A stretch of 64,000 nt of DNA from an uncultured Actinomycetota bacterium. Lineage in GTDB: Bacteria; Actinomycetota; Actinomycetes; JAFAQI01. The position numbers and the translations under genes are program-made. Below the pieces are notes generated by a model that saw nothing but the letters and a program-made list of their open reading frames with translations, searched no databases and was not told the DNA's origin. The stretch lies in contig CAVYQE010000011.1 in assembly GCA_963770565.1 (NCBI GenBank), positions 224,001 to 288,000 on the forward strand, in the 5' to 3' direction. Of the stretch, positions 28,898 to 41,130 are shown in pieces; position 1 is the first letter of the stretch; each line of letters starts with the position of its first letter.

Positions 28898-29422
28898 GTG
28901 GGCAACGCGTTGGTGTTGAACGCGACGTACGAGCCGCTGTGCGTCGTGGCATCCCGGCGCGCCCTCGTCCTCGTCCTGACCGGCAAGGCGATCGCCGTCG
29001 AGTCCGGCGATGTCGAGCTGCACAGCGAGCGGATGACGGTGCTGGTGCCGCTCGTCGTGCGGCTGACTCGCTACGTTCGGGTGCCGTATCGCGCCGCGGT
29101 CCCGCTGACCCGCCGGGCGGTCTTCGCTCGCGACGGCGGCCGCTGTGTCTACTGTCGGGCGCCCGCGACGAGCATCGACCACGTCATGCCGCGCAGCCGT
29201 GGTGGTACCCATGTCTGGGAGAACGTCGTGTCGTGCTGCCGGCGGTGCAACCACGCCAAGGCCGACCGGGTGATCACCGAGCTGGGCTGGCGGATGCCTC
29301 GTCAGCCGGCCGCGCCGACCGGGATCGCCTGGCGCGTGCTCGGCAGCGGCCGGATGAACCCGCAGTGGCGCCCGTACCTCGATGATCCGGCCCTCGACGA
29401 CATCGAGCAGGCCACCGCCTGA
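28898..29422 (+). CDS. HNH endonuclease (Rv2469c-like)
   Basis: LVLNA.YEPL, RD...C.YC, IDHV.PRSRGG.H.WEN.V.CC..CN..K. Confidence 0.93.
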   Translation: MGNALVLNATYEPLCVVASRRALVLVLTGKAIAVESGDVELHSERMTVLVPLVVRLTRYVRVPYRAAVPLTRRAVFARDGGRCVYCRAPATSIDHVMPRSRGGTHVWENVVSCCRRCNHAKADRVITELGWRMPRQPAAPTGIAWRVLGSGRMNPQWRPYLDDPALDDIEQATA

Positions 29423-29458
29423 ACGGTTTCTCAGCCGGTAGGCCGTAGGGTCGATGCC

Positions 29459-30097
29459 GTGCGCGCTCGGCTGGTCGTCGTCGGTCTCGGCGCCGTCGCG
29501 TTGATCGCCGGCTGCAGCTCGAGCTCCTCGGGCGGCTCGCCGACCGCGAGCGGAAGCCCACCGACGATCAGCCCGACGGCGTCACCCTCGCCCACCCCGA
29601 CCCCGTCACATCATCACTCGCACACCGCCAGCCCGACTCCGACCGCGACCGTGACGGTGACCCAGTCGGCGGCCGCAGGGCCCTGCGCGTCCAGCCAGCT
29701 CACGCTCACGATCGGGATCGGCCAGGGCACCGCCGGCACGTCGTACCAGGTGCTCGTCCTGACCAATACCGGAACGGCAGCCTGCACCCTGTTCGGCTAC
29801 CCGGGCGTGTCGTTCGTCGACTCGGCGGGTGTGATTATCGGCAAGCCGTCCAGTCGCGATCAGGGGCCCGAGCACACCATCACGCTGGCCGCAGGCGGTG
29901 CGGCCAACGCGCTGTCCCGTCAGCCCGATCCAGGCGCGTTCTCCGCGTCGGTCTGCAAGCCGAAGACCGCGGACCGGGTACGGGTGTACCCGCCGAACCA
30001 GACCGTCGCGTTGTTCGCGCACGACGCGGTCCACTTGTGCTCGACCGCGAAGGGCCGCACCGCGATCGGCCCGATGCTCGCCGGCAACGGGGGATAG
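29459..30097 (+). CDS. DUF4232-like lipoprotein
   Basis: Lipobox IAGC, Ser/Thr/Pro linker, C...QL, LTNTG...C.L.GYPGV, VYPP. Confidence 0.85.
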   Translation: MRARLVVVGLGAVALIAGCSSSSSGGSPTASGSPPTISPTASPSPTPTPSHHHSHTASPTPTATVTVTQSAAAGPCASSQLTLTIGIGQGTAGTSYQVLVLTNTGTAACTLFGYPGVSFVDSAGVIIGKPSSRDQGPEHTITLAAGGAANALSRQPDPGAFSASVCKPKTADRVRVYPPNQTVALFAHDAVHLCSTAKGRTAIGPMLAGNGG

Positions 30098-30100
30098 CGG

Positions 30101-31516
30101 ATGAGTGACCTGCACGACCTGACCCTGATCGAGCAGGCTGTCGCGGTCCGGGCCAGGACGGTCTCGCCGGTGGAGTTGGCCGAGCACTACCTGGCTCGGA
30201 TCGATCGCCTCAACGATGACGTCGGCGCATTCGTGACGGTGACGCCTGAGCTCGCGCTCGATGCCGCCCGAGCGGCCGCGCAGGCGGTCGTCGATGGCAC
30301 CGATGACCTCCCGCCGCTGCACGGGGTGCCGACCGCGATCAAGGACCTCAACCTGACCGCCGGCGTTCCGACCAGGTTCGGTACGGCGGCCTGGGAGCCG
30401 GTCGATCTCGGGATCGACGACGCGGTGGTGGTCAAGCTGAAGGCGGCCGGCCTGATCTCGCTCGGCAAGACCAACACGCCCGAGTTCGGCCTGCCCTGCT
30501 ACACCGAACCCGAAGTCGCGCCGCCGGCCCGGACGCCGTGGGACCTCGATCGCTCGGCCGGCGGGTCGAGCGGTGGTGCCGGCGCCGCGACCGCGGCCGG
30601 GCTGGTGCCCGCGGCGCAGGGCAGCGACGGCGGCGGCTCGATCCGAATCCCGTCGAGCTTGTGCGGGCTGTTCGGCATCAAGCCGGCCCGCGGGCGGGTG
30701 TCCAACTCCCCACTCAGCCCCGAGATCAGCGGCCTCGCGACGAACGGGCCGCTGGCCCGGACCGTCCGTGACGCCGCGGCGCTGCTCGATGCGATGACCG
30801 GACCGGCACCGACCGACTGGATCTGGGCGCCGCCGCCGGCGACGTCGTTCCTGGCCGCCTGTGACGATGAGCCGCGCGGCCTGCGGATCGGCCGCTACGC
30901 GACCCCGGTCGTGGGCGACGCCGCCCCCGCACCGGAGTGCATCGCGGCGTACGAAGCGGCGACCGCGCTGCTGGTCGAGCTCGGTCATACGGTGGTCGAC
31001 CACGTCCCGACCTTCGGTATCGAGCTCGTGCCGGCGTTCGAGGCGGTGTGGGCGATGGAGTTCGCCGCGCTGCCGATCGAGTCCGCTGACGAGCCCAACC
31101 TGCGCCCGCTCACCCAGTGGATCCGGGGGCGGGGCAAGTCCCTCACCGGCGCCGAGTTCCACGGGGCGCTCACCGGCCTGCGGATGGCGGCTCGAGCCGA
31201 GATCGAGGCGACCCAGGAGTACGACGCGGTGCTCACGCCCACGCTGGCACAGCCGCCTCCGCTGGTCGGGCAGCTCCGCAATGATGACGACCCGGCGGCG
31301 GACTTCGAGGCCCAGAAGCGCTTCACGCCCTTCACCGCGCCGTACAACATGTCGGGGCAGCCGGCCGTGTCGCTGCCATTGTTCTGGACCGACGGCGGCC
31401 TGCCGATCGGCGTTCAGCTGATCGGGCGGCCCTGTGACGAGGTGACGTTGCTGCGGCTGTCGGCTCAGCTCGAGGCCGCGGCCCCGTGGGCACACCGACG
31501 CCCGGCCTGCTGGTAG
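30101..31516 (+). CDS. Amidase-signature family amidase
   Basis: PLHGVP.AIKD, GKTNTPEFG, GGSSGG, GSDGGGSIRIP. Confidence 0.93.
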   Translation: MSDLHDLTLIEQAVAVRARTVSPVELAEHYLARIDRLNDDVGAFVTVTPELALDAARAAAQAVVDGTDDLPPLHGVPTAIKDLNLTAGVPTRFGTAAWEPVDLGIDDAVVVKLKAAGLISLGKTNTPEFGLPCYTEPEVAPPARTPWDLDRSAGGSSGGAGAATAAGLVPAAQGSDGGGSIRIPSSLCGLFGIKPARGRVSNSPLSPEISGLATNGPLARTVRDAAALLDAMTGPAPTDWIWAPPPATSFLAACDDEPRGLRIGRYATPVVGDAAPAPECIAAYEAATALLVELGHTVVDHVPTFGIELVPAFEAVWAMEFAALPIESADEPNLRPLTQWIRGRGKSLTGAEFHGALTGLRMAARAEIEATQEYDAVLTPTLAQPPPLVGQLRNDDDPAADFEAQKRFTPFTAPYNMSGQPAVSLPLFWTDGGLPIGVQLIGRPCDEVTLLRLSAQLEAAAPWAHRRPACW

Positions 31517-31549
31517 CCGACGCCCCCGAGTTGGATAGGTTCACCGGTT

Positions 31550-31927
31550 GTGAGAACACGCATTGTCCGGCGGGCGACGGTAATCGCGCTGTGCACGATC
31601 GTGCCCGTGCTGGTGACCGCGGGTCCGGCCTTGGCCAAGGTCAAGCCCGACGACGGCGAGGTTCGGGGTTCGTCGCTCGGGCTCGGCGACACGATCCTGC
31701 TGTACGTCGTCATACCGCTCGGCGCGTTCCTGCTGATCTCGGCGCTCTCGGTGCTGCCGTCGGCGTTGTCGCGTCCGCGCTACCGGCCGGGCCGTCCGTG
31801 GGAGCACGAGCCGCGCTGGATCGGTGCGCCGGCGCAGGCCGCGGCCGGAGCCGACGCAGCGGCGATCGAAGGCGGCGCGGGCGAAGCGGGATCGGCGGCT
31901 CAAGGTGGCGCAAGTGCCGAGTGGTGA
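31550..31927 (+). CDS. ctaJ: CtaJ-like small subunit of the actinobacterial CIII-CIV supercomplex, with N-terminal extension
   Basis: TM helix with IP, then Y....PW...P.W and terminal GGAS..W; overlaps the TPM gene as in mycobacteria. Confidence 0.65.
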   Translation: MRTRIVRRATVIALCTIVPVLVTAGPALAKVKPDDGEVRGSSLGLGDTILLYVVIPLGAFLLISALSVLPSALSRPRYRPGRPWEHEPRWIGAPAQAAAGADAAAIEGGAGEAGSAAQGGASAEW

Positions 31928-32297
31928 AGCGTTCACCAACGATCAAGTCCGCAGCATCGAACGGGTGGTCGAGACCGCCGACACCGAAACCGGGCTGACC
32001 TTCTCGGTCTACATCGGCGGGGCAACCGGCGACATCCGCGATGAGGCCGAGCGGCTGCACGCGTCCTTCGGCGCTGCGGCCGGCGAGACGGTCTTGGTGC
32101 TGGTCTCGCCCGGCGATCGCCTGCTGGAGATCGTCACGGGCGCGGCGTCGGCCCGACGGGTGTCCGATCGCGCGTGCGCACTGGCCGCGTTGTCGATGAC
32201 GACGTCGTTCGCCGGCGGAGACCTCGTCGGTGGCATCGTCACCGGCGTACGGATGCTGGCCGAGGCGGCCGGCCAGCCGCTCGGCGTGGCTCGCTGA
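31914..32297 (+). CDS. ctaI: DUF5130/TPM-domain protein (CtaI/Rv2468c-like)
   Basis: TGL.FSVYIG, A..LH, VL..VSP..R..EIVTG, C.LA..SM..SF..GDL.GG. Confidence 0.78.
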   Translation: MPSGEAFTNDQVRSIERVVETADTETGLTFSVYIGGATGDIRDEAERLHASFGAAAGETVLVLVSPGDRLLEIVTGAASARRVSDRACALAALSMTTSFAGGDLVGGIVTGVRMLAEAAGQPLGVAR

Positions 32298-32362
32298 GGC
32301 TGTCACTCGCGCCCGGCGCGCCCCGCCGCTGCACCCGCGGCTAGGCGCCGGTTGGTGAAAGA

Positions 32363-33589
32363 GTGTCCAGTGTGAGCGAGAAGGTCTCGGCCACGGACGC
32401 GGGATCGGCGGTCGCACGTTCACCGATGCCGGTGCCGCCGCTGCTTCGCGATCTCGCGGGCTGGGCCTGGCGGCTGCTCGTGCTTGCGCTGGCGGGCTAT
32501 CTCGCCGTACAGCTGTTCGACCGCTTGGTCTTCATCGTGCTGCCCTTCTTCGCGGCGCTGTTCGCGACCTCGCTGGCCTATCCGGTCGTGCGGTTCCTTC
32601 GCAGTCGTGGGCTGCGCCCGCTTGCCGCCGCCTGGATCACCGTCATCCTTGCCATCGCAATTCTCGGCGGGATCGCGATCTTCGTCGTCGACCGGGCGGT
32701 CGCTGAATACCCCGAGCTGGTCAAGCAGGTCACCACTGCAGTGACGAACTTCCGCCACTTCCTCACCGTCGACCTGCATGTGAAGTCCTCGTCGACGTCG
32801 AGTATCGGCAACACGATCACGACCTACCTCAACAAGCACCAGACGTCAGTCGCCTCGAACGCACTCACCGGCATTGCGACGGTGGCCGAGGCTTTCGCCG
32901 CCCTCGTGCTGTGCTTCTTCTTGACGTTTTTCATGCTGTACGACGGGCACCGGATCTGGCACTGGGTGGTCGGGCTGTTTCCCGTCACCGCCCGGGACCG
33001 GGTGCACGGCGCCGGCCTGCAGGCATGGGACCGGCTGGCCGGATTCGTGCGGGGCACCTTTGTCATTGCGGTCATTCACGCGGTCGTCGCGGCGATCTCG
33101 TTGAGCATCCTGCGGGTGCCGCTCGTCGCGCCGTTGACGCTGTTGATCTTCGTCGGGAGCTTCCTGCCGATCGTCGGCTCGATCATCTTCGGCTCGCTCG
33201 CGGTCGTGATCACGGTGGTCACCCGCGGCACTGCGCTGGGGCTCGTGTTGGCCGGGATCCTCATCGTCGACAACCAGGTCGAAGCGCATTACCTGCAACC
33301 GATCCTGGTCGGTCGATACGTGCGCCTGCACCCGATGGCGGTAGCGGTGGCGATCGCCGGTGGCGGCGTGCTCGAGGGCATCCCCGGCGCGGTGATCGCC
33401 GTACCGTTCGTCGCCGTGGTCTACGCCGTGCTGCGGTACCTCGCGACCGGTGAGGATCAGACCCGTCATGGCGTGGCCGCCGACGGTGCAGCGGCCAGCG
33501 CGGGCTTGCCGTCGGACGCTGACTCGGACCCACCGGGCGCGGACGTCGATCTGGTCCCGGAGGCGTCGGGGGAGCCAGAGCCCGGCTAG
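32363..33589 (+). CDS. AI-2E family transporter
   Basis: W.WRLL, F..FF.LYDG..IW, FLP.VG, Q.E...LQP...GR.V.LHP. Confidence 0.9.
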   Translation: MSSVSEKVSATDAGSAVARSPMPVPPLLRDLAGWAWRLLVLALAGYLAVQLFDRLVFIVLPFFAALFATSLAYPVVRFLRSRGLRPLAAAWITVILAIAILGGIAIFVVDRAVAEYPELVKQVTTAVTNFRHFLTVDLHVKSSSTSSIGNTITTYLNKHQTSVASNALTGIATVAEAFAALVLCFFLTFFMLYDGHRIWHWVVGLFPVTARDRVHGAGLQAWDRLAGFVRGTFVIAVIHAVVAAISLSILRVPLVAPLTLLIFVGSFLPIVGSIIFGSLAVVITVVTRGTALGLVLAGILIVDNQVEAHYLQPILVGRYVRLHPMAVAVAIAGGGVLEGIPGAVIAVPFVAVVYAVLRYLATGEDQTRHGVAADGAAASAGLPSDADSDPPGADVDLVPEASGEPEPG

Positions 33590-33676
33590 TCGCACAGTGG
33601 CGAGCGGCGCCGTGCCCGTCCACAGGGTCAGCCCCGGGTGGCAGAACCTGTCGGGGCTGGGTCGGATCCTGGCAGC

Positions 33677-34685
33677 ATGTCCAGCCGATCCCGCCGCCGC
33701 TGCGTGGCTCTTGCGGTCCTCCTCGTCGTTCCGCTGCTCGCCTGGCGCACCGCGGGTCACGAGCATGCGGCCGTCGCGGCCGTCCTGCCCGTCGCCGAGC
33801 CGCTCGGTGCCGCGGGCGACGCCCTGGTCGTCGAGCCCGACGCCGGGCTGGCGCCGGTCTATCGCTGGCTGTCGTCGGCTCGTCGATCGCTGGACCTGAC
33901 GATGTATGAGCTGGCCGACCCGACCGCGGAGTCCTTGCTCGCCGACGAGGCGGCTCGCGGAGTCCGGGTGCGGGTGGTGCTCGACGGCCGGCTCGAGCGA
34001 GTCCGCAACCAGTCCGCGTACGCCTTCCTGCGGGCGCGTGGAGCTGACGTGGCGTGGTCGTCGTCGCGTTACTTCGCGACGCACGAGAAGGCGTTCGTGA
34101 TCGACGACTCGACGGCGGTGATCATGTCGCTCAACCTCACCGAGCGTTACTACGCCACTTCTCGCGACGTGGCGGTCGTCGACCACGACCGCCGGGACGT
34201 CGCCGCGATCGAGTCGGTCTTCGAGGCCGACTTTCACGGCCGTTCGACCGGTACGCCGGCCGCCGATGACCTGGTCTGGAGTCCGGTCCAGTCGCAAGCC
34301 GATCTGCTCGCCCTCATCAACGGCGCACGGCGCAGCATCGCGGTCGAATCGGAGGAGATGAGTAGCGGGTCAGTCGTCCAAGCGCTGGTTGCGGCCGCTC
34401 GCCGCGGCGTCGCGGTGACGGTGGCGATGACGTACAGCCCGGACTGGGTGACTGCGCTCGACGCGATCTCCGCAGCCGGGGGAGTCGTCAGCGTGATGCA
34501 CGGCGAATCGCCGTTGTATATCCACGCCAAGCTGCTCGCGATCGACACCGGAGGCCCGCAGGCTCGCGGGTTCGTCGGGTCGGAGAACCTGTCGAACGCC
34601 TCGCTGCTGCACGACCGCGAGCTCGGCGTCGTCCTGGTTGCGCCGCGCCTGGTCGATCAGGTTGCCGCGATCGTCGGCCGCGACG

Positions 34686-34711
<26 letters not shown>
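33677..34711 (+). CDS. Secreted or anchored phospholipase D-superfamily protein
   Basis: Two HKD motifs: THEKAFVID..S.N and IHAKLLAID..GSEN; N-terminal hydrophobic segment; start may be 33638. Confidence 0.88.
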
Positions 34712-37232
<2,521 letters not shown>

Positions 37233-37271
37233 GAGTGTGCCATGTTGCCCGGAGCGTCTAGACTTATTGCA

Positions 37272-37874
37272 ATGGCAACTATCGCTGACTTCTGGTTCGA
37301 CCCGCTGTGTCCGTGGGCGTGGATCACCTCACGCTGGATGCTCGAGGTCGAGAAGGTCCGGGACGTGCAGACCCGATGGCACGTCATGAGCCTGACCATC
37401 CTCAACCGCGATCGCGATCTGTCGGAGGACTACCGCAAGCGGATGGAGCAGGCGATCGGCTCGGTGCGGGTCTGCATCGCGGCTGAGCAGGCTCATGGTT
37501 CCGAGGTGCTGCTCCCGCTCTACACCGCGCTCGGCAATCGCTTCCATCTCGAGAAGCTCCCGAACGAGCGCGCGACGATCGAGGCGGCACTCGCCGAGGC
37601 CGGACTGCCGGTCACGCTGGCCGGTGCCATGGACGACCCGTCGTACGACGAGGCCCTCGCGCGTTCGCACCATGAGGGCATGGACCCGGTTGGCGACGAC
37701 GTCGGCACCCCGGTCATCCACATCGACGGCGCTCCGATCTTCGGTCCGGTCGTGACCCCGATCCCGCGGGGCGAGGTCGCCGGCCGGCTCTGGGACGGCG
37801 TGGTGCTGGTGACCGGCGTACCAGGCTTCTACGAGCTCAAGCGGACGAGGGACCAGCGCCCGGCCTTCGACTGA
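37272..37874 (+). CDS. DsbA/Rv2466c-like thioredoxin-fold protein
   Basis: DFWFDP.CPWAW.TSRW, VG.DVGTP, FGPV, F.ELKR.R; divergent from pepN as in mycobacteria. Confidence 0.9.
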   Translation: MATIADFWFDPLCPWAWITSRWMLEVEKVRDVQTRWHVMSLTILNRDRDLSEDYRKRMEQAIGSVRVCIAAEQAHGSEVLLPLYTALGNRFHLEKLPNERATIEAALAEAGLPVTLAGAMDDPSYDEALARSHHEGMDPVGDDVGTPVIHIDGAPIFGPVVTPIPRGEVAGRLWDGVVLVTGVPGFYELKRTRDQRPAFD

Positions 37875-37941
37875 TCGCGGAGCGCCGCCATGATGTGAGC
37901 GGCGCGGTCGGCCGACTGCCCGTTGAGCGGAGGTGACCGTC

Positions 37942-38235
37942 ATGGTCATCATCACCGGCACCATCACGGCGTCCGAAGAGACGATCGAGGAACTCTTGGC
38001 GCAGAGCCTCGAGCACGTCCACCGGTCTCGCGCGGAGCCGGGCTGCTTGTCGCACGGCGTCTCGCGCGACGTCGAGAACCCGCTGCGGCTGATCTTCGTC
38101 GAGCAGTGGGCCGATATGGCGGCGGTCAGGCAGCATTTCGCGGTGCCCGAGTCGGTGGCCTTCGGCCGGGCTGCGTCCGCGCTGGGATCCGCGCCGCCGA
38201 CCCTCGAGGTGTTCGAGGCAACGCCGGCGTCGTAG
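37942..38235 (+). CDS. Antibiotic biosynthesis monooxygenase (ABM)/putative quinol monooxygenase
   Basis: GGAGG RBS; SR.EPGC, F.E.W.D..A...HF. Confidence 0.85.
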   Translation: MVIITGTITASEETIEELLAQSLEHVHRSRAEPGCLSHGVSRDVENPLRLIFVEQWADMAAVRQHFAVPESVAFGRAASALGSAPPTLEVFEATPAS

Positions 38236-38272
38236 CCGGTCCGCGGTGCGAGCGTGGCACTAACGTGACGGC

Positions 38273-38788
38273 ATGCGCGCGCTGCTGCTGACCGGCCAGT
38301 TCGGCGCCGGCAAGACCGCGGTGGCCGCCGAGGTCGCTCACCAACTCGGGCAGCGCGGGTTGCGCAACGCCGCGATCGACCTCGACTGGCTGTGCTGGAC
38401 GGGTCCCGACCTGTCCGACGACGACTTCGCCGATCTGCTCCGGCGCAATCTGCACGACGTCGCGGCCAACCTGGTCGGGGCCGGCGTCGAGTCGCTGGTC
38501 ATGGCGCGCGCACTCACCGGTCGGGCCGACCGCCAGCTGGTGGAGGATGCGTTGCCACCCGGCACTTCGCTGTCGGTGGTGCGGCTCCTGGTCGATGACG
38601 CCACCGCACGTGATCGCGTCCTCGGCCGCGACGTCGGGTTGGAGCTCGACGAGCTGATCGCCGAGGGCGAAGGTTTCGCGCGCGCGGTCGCGAGCGCGGC
38701 GGTCGAGGACCACGACGTCGACAACAGCGGCGGCCGAAGCATCGGCGAGGTCGCAATCGAGGTGCGCACCGTCTGCGGCTGGATCTAA
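38273..38788 (+). CDS. Small P-loop kinase (adenylylsulfate kinase/AAA_33-like)
   Basis: LLLTG..GAGKT, AAID.D. Confidence 0.78.
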   Translation: MRALLLTGQFGAGKTAVAAEVAHQLGQRGLRNAAIDLDWLCWTGPDLSDDDFADLLRRNLHDVAANLVGAGVESLVMARALTGRADRQLVEDALPPGTSLSVVRLLVDDATARDRVLGRDVGLELDELIAEGEGFARAVASAAVEDHDVDNSGGRSIGEVAIEVRTVCGWI

Positions 38789-38849
38789 GGCCGTGGGTTT
38801 TCAGCCTCAGCGGGGCGGTTGCGACTGGCCTGCGACCGGCGTGCATCGC

Positions 38850-39713
38850 TCACTCCCCGAGCGCGGCGCGCAGTTGACGCATCCAAGCCAGCGCCATGGC
38901 GCGTCCGTTCGGGAGATCGTCACCGGGTTCGAGACGCCACGCACTGACCATGGCGAGCATGAGGATCCAGCACTCATGGACAAGCGATTGATCGGCCCCG
39001 GTGTAGTGCGCGGCGACCTCCGTCGGTGGCGCCCCGGCGTTGATGGCCGCATGGGCAACGTCGAACTCAATCGGCCCGCGGCAGCACGTCTCCAGGTCGA
39101 CGAAGAGCAGGCCGTCCCTCGTCCTGAGCATGTTGCCCGGGTGCGGCTCGCCGTGCAGAAGCTGTTCGGGCGCGCGTCGGACGACGATGGCGCTTCTCGT
39201 CCGTTGCAGCGTCCTGGCGAGCAGGTCGCGGTCAGGATCGTCGATCCACGGGTGGTTGGTGGCGTTGTCGACCAGGCGCTGCGCCTCGTCGACGCGATCG
39301 GTGAAGTGCGGCAGCGAGTCGCCGGTTGGGCCTGCCAGCCGCATGCCGGCGTGCAATCGTTCGAGCGCGCTCGCGTATTCGTGCGGCGCGATGTCGTGCG
39401 GCGGCACGGTTTCGTAGTAGGTCCACAGCGTGACGGCGAAGTCGCCCTGCGCATAGACAAGCGGCTCGACCCGAGGATCGAGGGGCGCCACCGGGGCGCC
39501 GATCCCAGCAAGGCGCCGAGCGACCTCGACCTCGAACTCGGCTCCGTTGTGCCGGTCCCGGCGCGCAACGCGAGCGAGTACGTCGCACGGCCGAAGGTGT
39601 ACCGCGAGCCGGTTCGAATCGTGCACCACGACCGCGTCATCGACGCGCAGGCTGCAGGTGGCGGCTACCGCCGTGCCCGCGGCCACTGCCCGCGGACGAG
39701 TCGCTGCATCCAC
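38850..39713 (-). CDS. Aminoglycoside phosphotransferase-family protein
   Basis: SN...HL.P...ARV, L..LH, LHGEPHPGN, VDLE...GP.E.D; GTG 7 nt after TAGAGT. Confidence 0.82.
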   Translation of the reverse strand: MDAATRPRAVAAGTAVAATCSLRVDDAVVVHDSNRLAVHLRPCDVLARVARRDRHNGAEFEVEVARRLAGIGAPVAPLDPRVEPLVYAQGDFAVTLWTYYETVPPHDIAPHEYASALERLHAGMRLAGPTGDSLPHFTDRVDEAQRLVDNATNHPWIDDPDRDLLARTLQRTRSAIVVRRAPEQLLHGEPHPGNMLRTRDGLLFVDLETCCRGPIEFDVAHAAINAGAPPTEVAAHYTGADQSLVHECWILMLAMVSAWRLEPGDDLPNGRAMALAWMRQLRAALGE

Positions 39714-39859
39714 GGCGGGCACTCTAAGGGGAGGCGCGGGTGGACGGGTCGGGTGTCTCGGTCACGACCGGTTCGTTCTGGACCTGCCGGACTGTCCTAG
39801 GCCCTCGGCATACTTGGCGCGCCGTCGGGCAACGCCGCGGCCCCGACTTGAGGAATCCC

Positions 39860-40315
39860 ATGGCTGTCCGCTACCAGCTCGTCATCAATTGCGTCGGCCA
39901 CCCGGAGTCGCTGGCCCGCTTCTGGGCCGAGGCCCTTGGCTACGTGCTGGAGCCGCCGCCGGCCGACTTCGCCAGCTGGGACGATTGGCGGCGCGAGATC
40001 GGACTGCCCGAGTCCTGGCGGGGCAGGGGGACGGACTGCATCATCGATCCGGATGGCGCCGGCCCCCGGATCTGGATCCAGGTCGTGCCCGACCGAAAGA
40101 CCACGAGCAATCGGCTCCACATCGACATCCACGCCAGCGGCGGTCGAGACCTCCCGATCCAGACCCGCAAGAAGCGCGTGGACGCCGAAGCCCTGCGGCT
40201 GTGTGATCTCGGCGCCACGCTGCTCAGCGACCTGAGCGAGGAATTCGAGGAGGGTGTGGACCACTACGCGGTTGCACTGAAGGACCCCGAGGGCAACGAG
40301 TTCGACATCAACTGA
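39860..40315 (+). CDS. VOC/glyoxalase-family protein
   Basis: LA.FW..ALGY, DP.G.GP....Q.VP..K...NRLH.D, DPEGNEF. Confidence 0.9.
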   Translation: MAVRYQLVINCVGHPESLARFWAEALGYVLEPPPADFASWDDWRREIGLPESWRGRGTDCIIDPDGAGPRIWIQVVPDRKTTSNRLHIDIHASGGRDLPIQTRKKRVDAEALRLCDLGATLLSDLSEEFEEGVDHYAVALKDPEGNEFDIN

Positions 40316-40384
40316 CGGACGCCCTAGGAGAGGATGGAGATCTCGTCGGTGACGACGACTCGGGCTTGAACCGTAGGAGGGCGT

Positions 40385-41038
40385 GTGTCGCTTGTTCGGG
40401 TCCACAACTTCTCGGTGTCGCTCGATGGTTTCGGCACCGGCGAAGGGCAAAGCTTCGAAGCCCCCTTCGGGCACGCTGCCACCAGGCTCCACGAGTGGTT
40501 CTTTCCGACCCGGACCTTCCATGCCATGCAAGGGCAGCCGGGCGGAAGCAGGGGCATCGACGATGCCTTCGCCACCCAGTGGGGACCTGGGATCGGCGCG
40601 GAGATCATGGGGCGCAACAAGTTCGGGTACCAGCGCGGACCCTGGGCCGACGAGGAGTGGCAGGGCTGGTGGGGCGACAACCCGCCGTTCCATACGCCCG
40701 TCGTGGTGCTCACTCACCACGTCAGGCCCCCGCTCGAAATGCAGGGCGGGACGACTTTCCACTTCGTTGACGCGGGCCCTGCCGAAGCTCTTGACCTTGC
40801 ACGCAAGCTGGCCGGTGACCTCGACGTGCGGATCGGCGGAGGACCATCGACGATCCGCCAGTTCCTCGCCGCCGACCAGATCGACCATATGCACATCGCA
40901 GTCGTACCGATCGTCCTCGGGCGCGGAGAACGGCTGTGGGATGAGTTCGAAGACCTCGAGCGGCGCTTCACCATCGAGGCGGTCGCTTCACCTAGCGGCG
41001 TCATCCACCTCACATTCACGCGCACATCAGGGGAGTAG
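40385..41038 (+). CDS. Dihydrofolate reductase/RibD C-terminal family protein
   Basis: SVSLDGF, IMGR..F, PPF..PV.VLTH, GG...I.QFL....D, P..LG.G. Confidence 0.88.
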   Translation: MSLVRVHNFSVSLDGFGTGEGQSFEAPFGHAATRLHEWFFPTRTFHAMQGQPGGSRGIDDAFATQWGPGIGAEIMGRNKFGYQRGPWADEEWQGWWGDNPPFHTPVVVLTHHVRPPLEMQGGTTFHFVDAGPAEALDLARKLAGDLDVRIGGGPSTIRQFLAADQIDHMHIAVVPIVLGRGERLWDEFEDLERRFTIEAVASPSGVIHLTFTRTSGE

Positions 41039-41130
41039 CTCTCGTACGCCGTTTCGAGTACCCCGGCACTGGCTGACACTGCTGGCAGCGCACAAACCGT
41101 TCGGTAGCGCCGGACACTACGCTCACGACC

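Noticed and set aside
28898-29422. HNH nuclease as a defence or homing element
   Set aside because: It is the conserved housekeeping-locus HNH next to glbO in actinobacteria
29606-31495. Long antisense or alternate-frame ORFs (629 aa here; also 40383-42074, 57914-59392, 49296-50774 and others)
   Set aside because: Shadow ORFs of high-GC coding sequence, Arg/Pro/Gly-rich with no motifs, overlapping well-supported genes
38850-39713. Aminoglycoside resistance gene
   Set aside because: It is a generic APH-fold kinase with a non-canonical HGE motif, and there is no evidence for an antibiotic substrate
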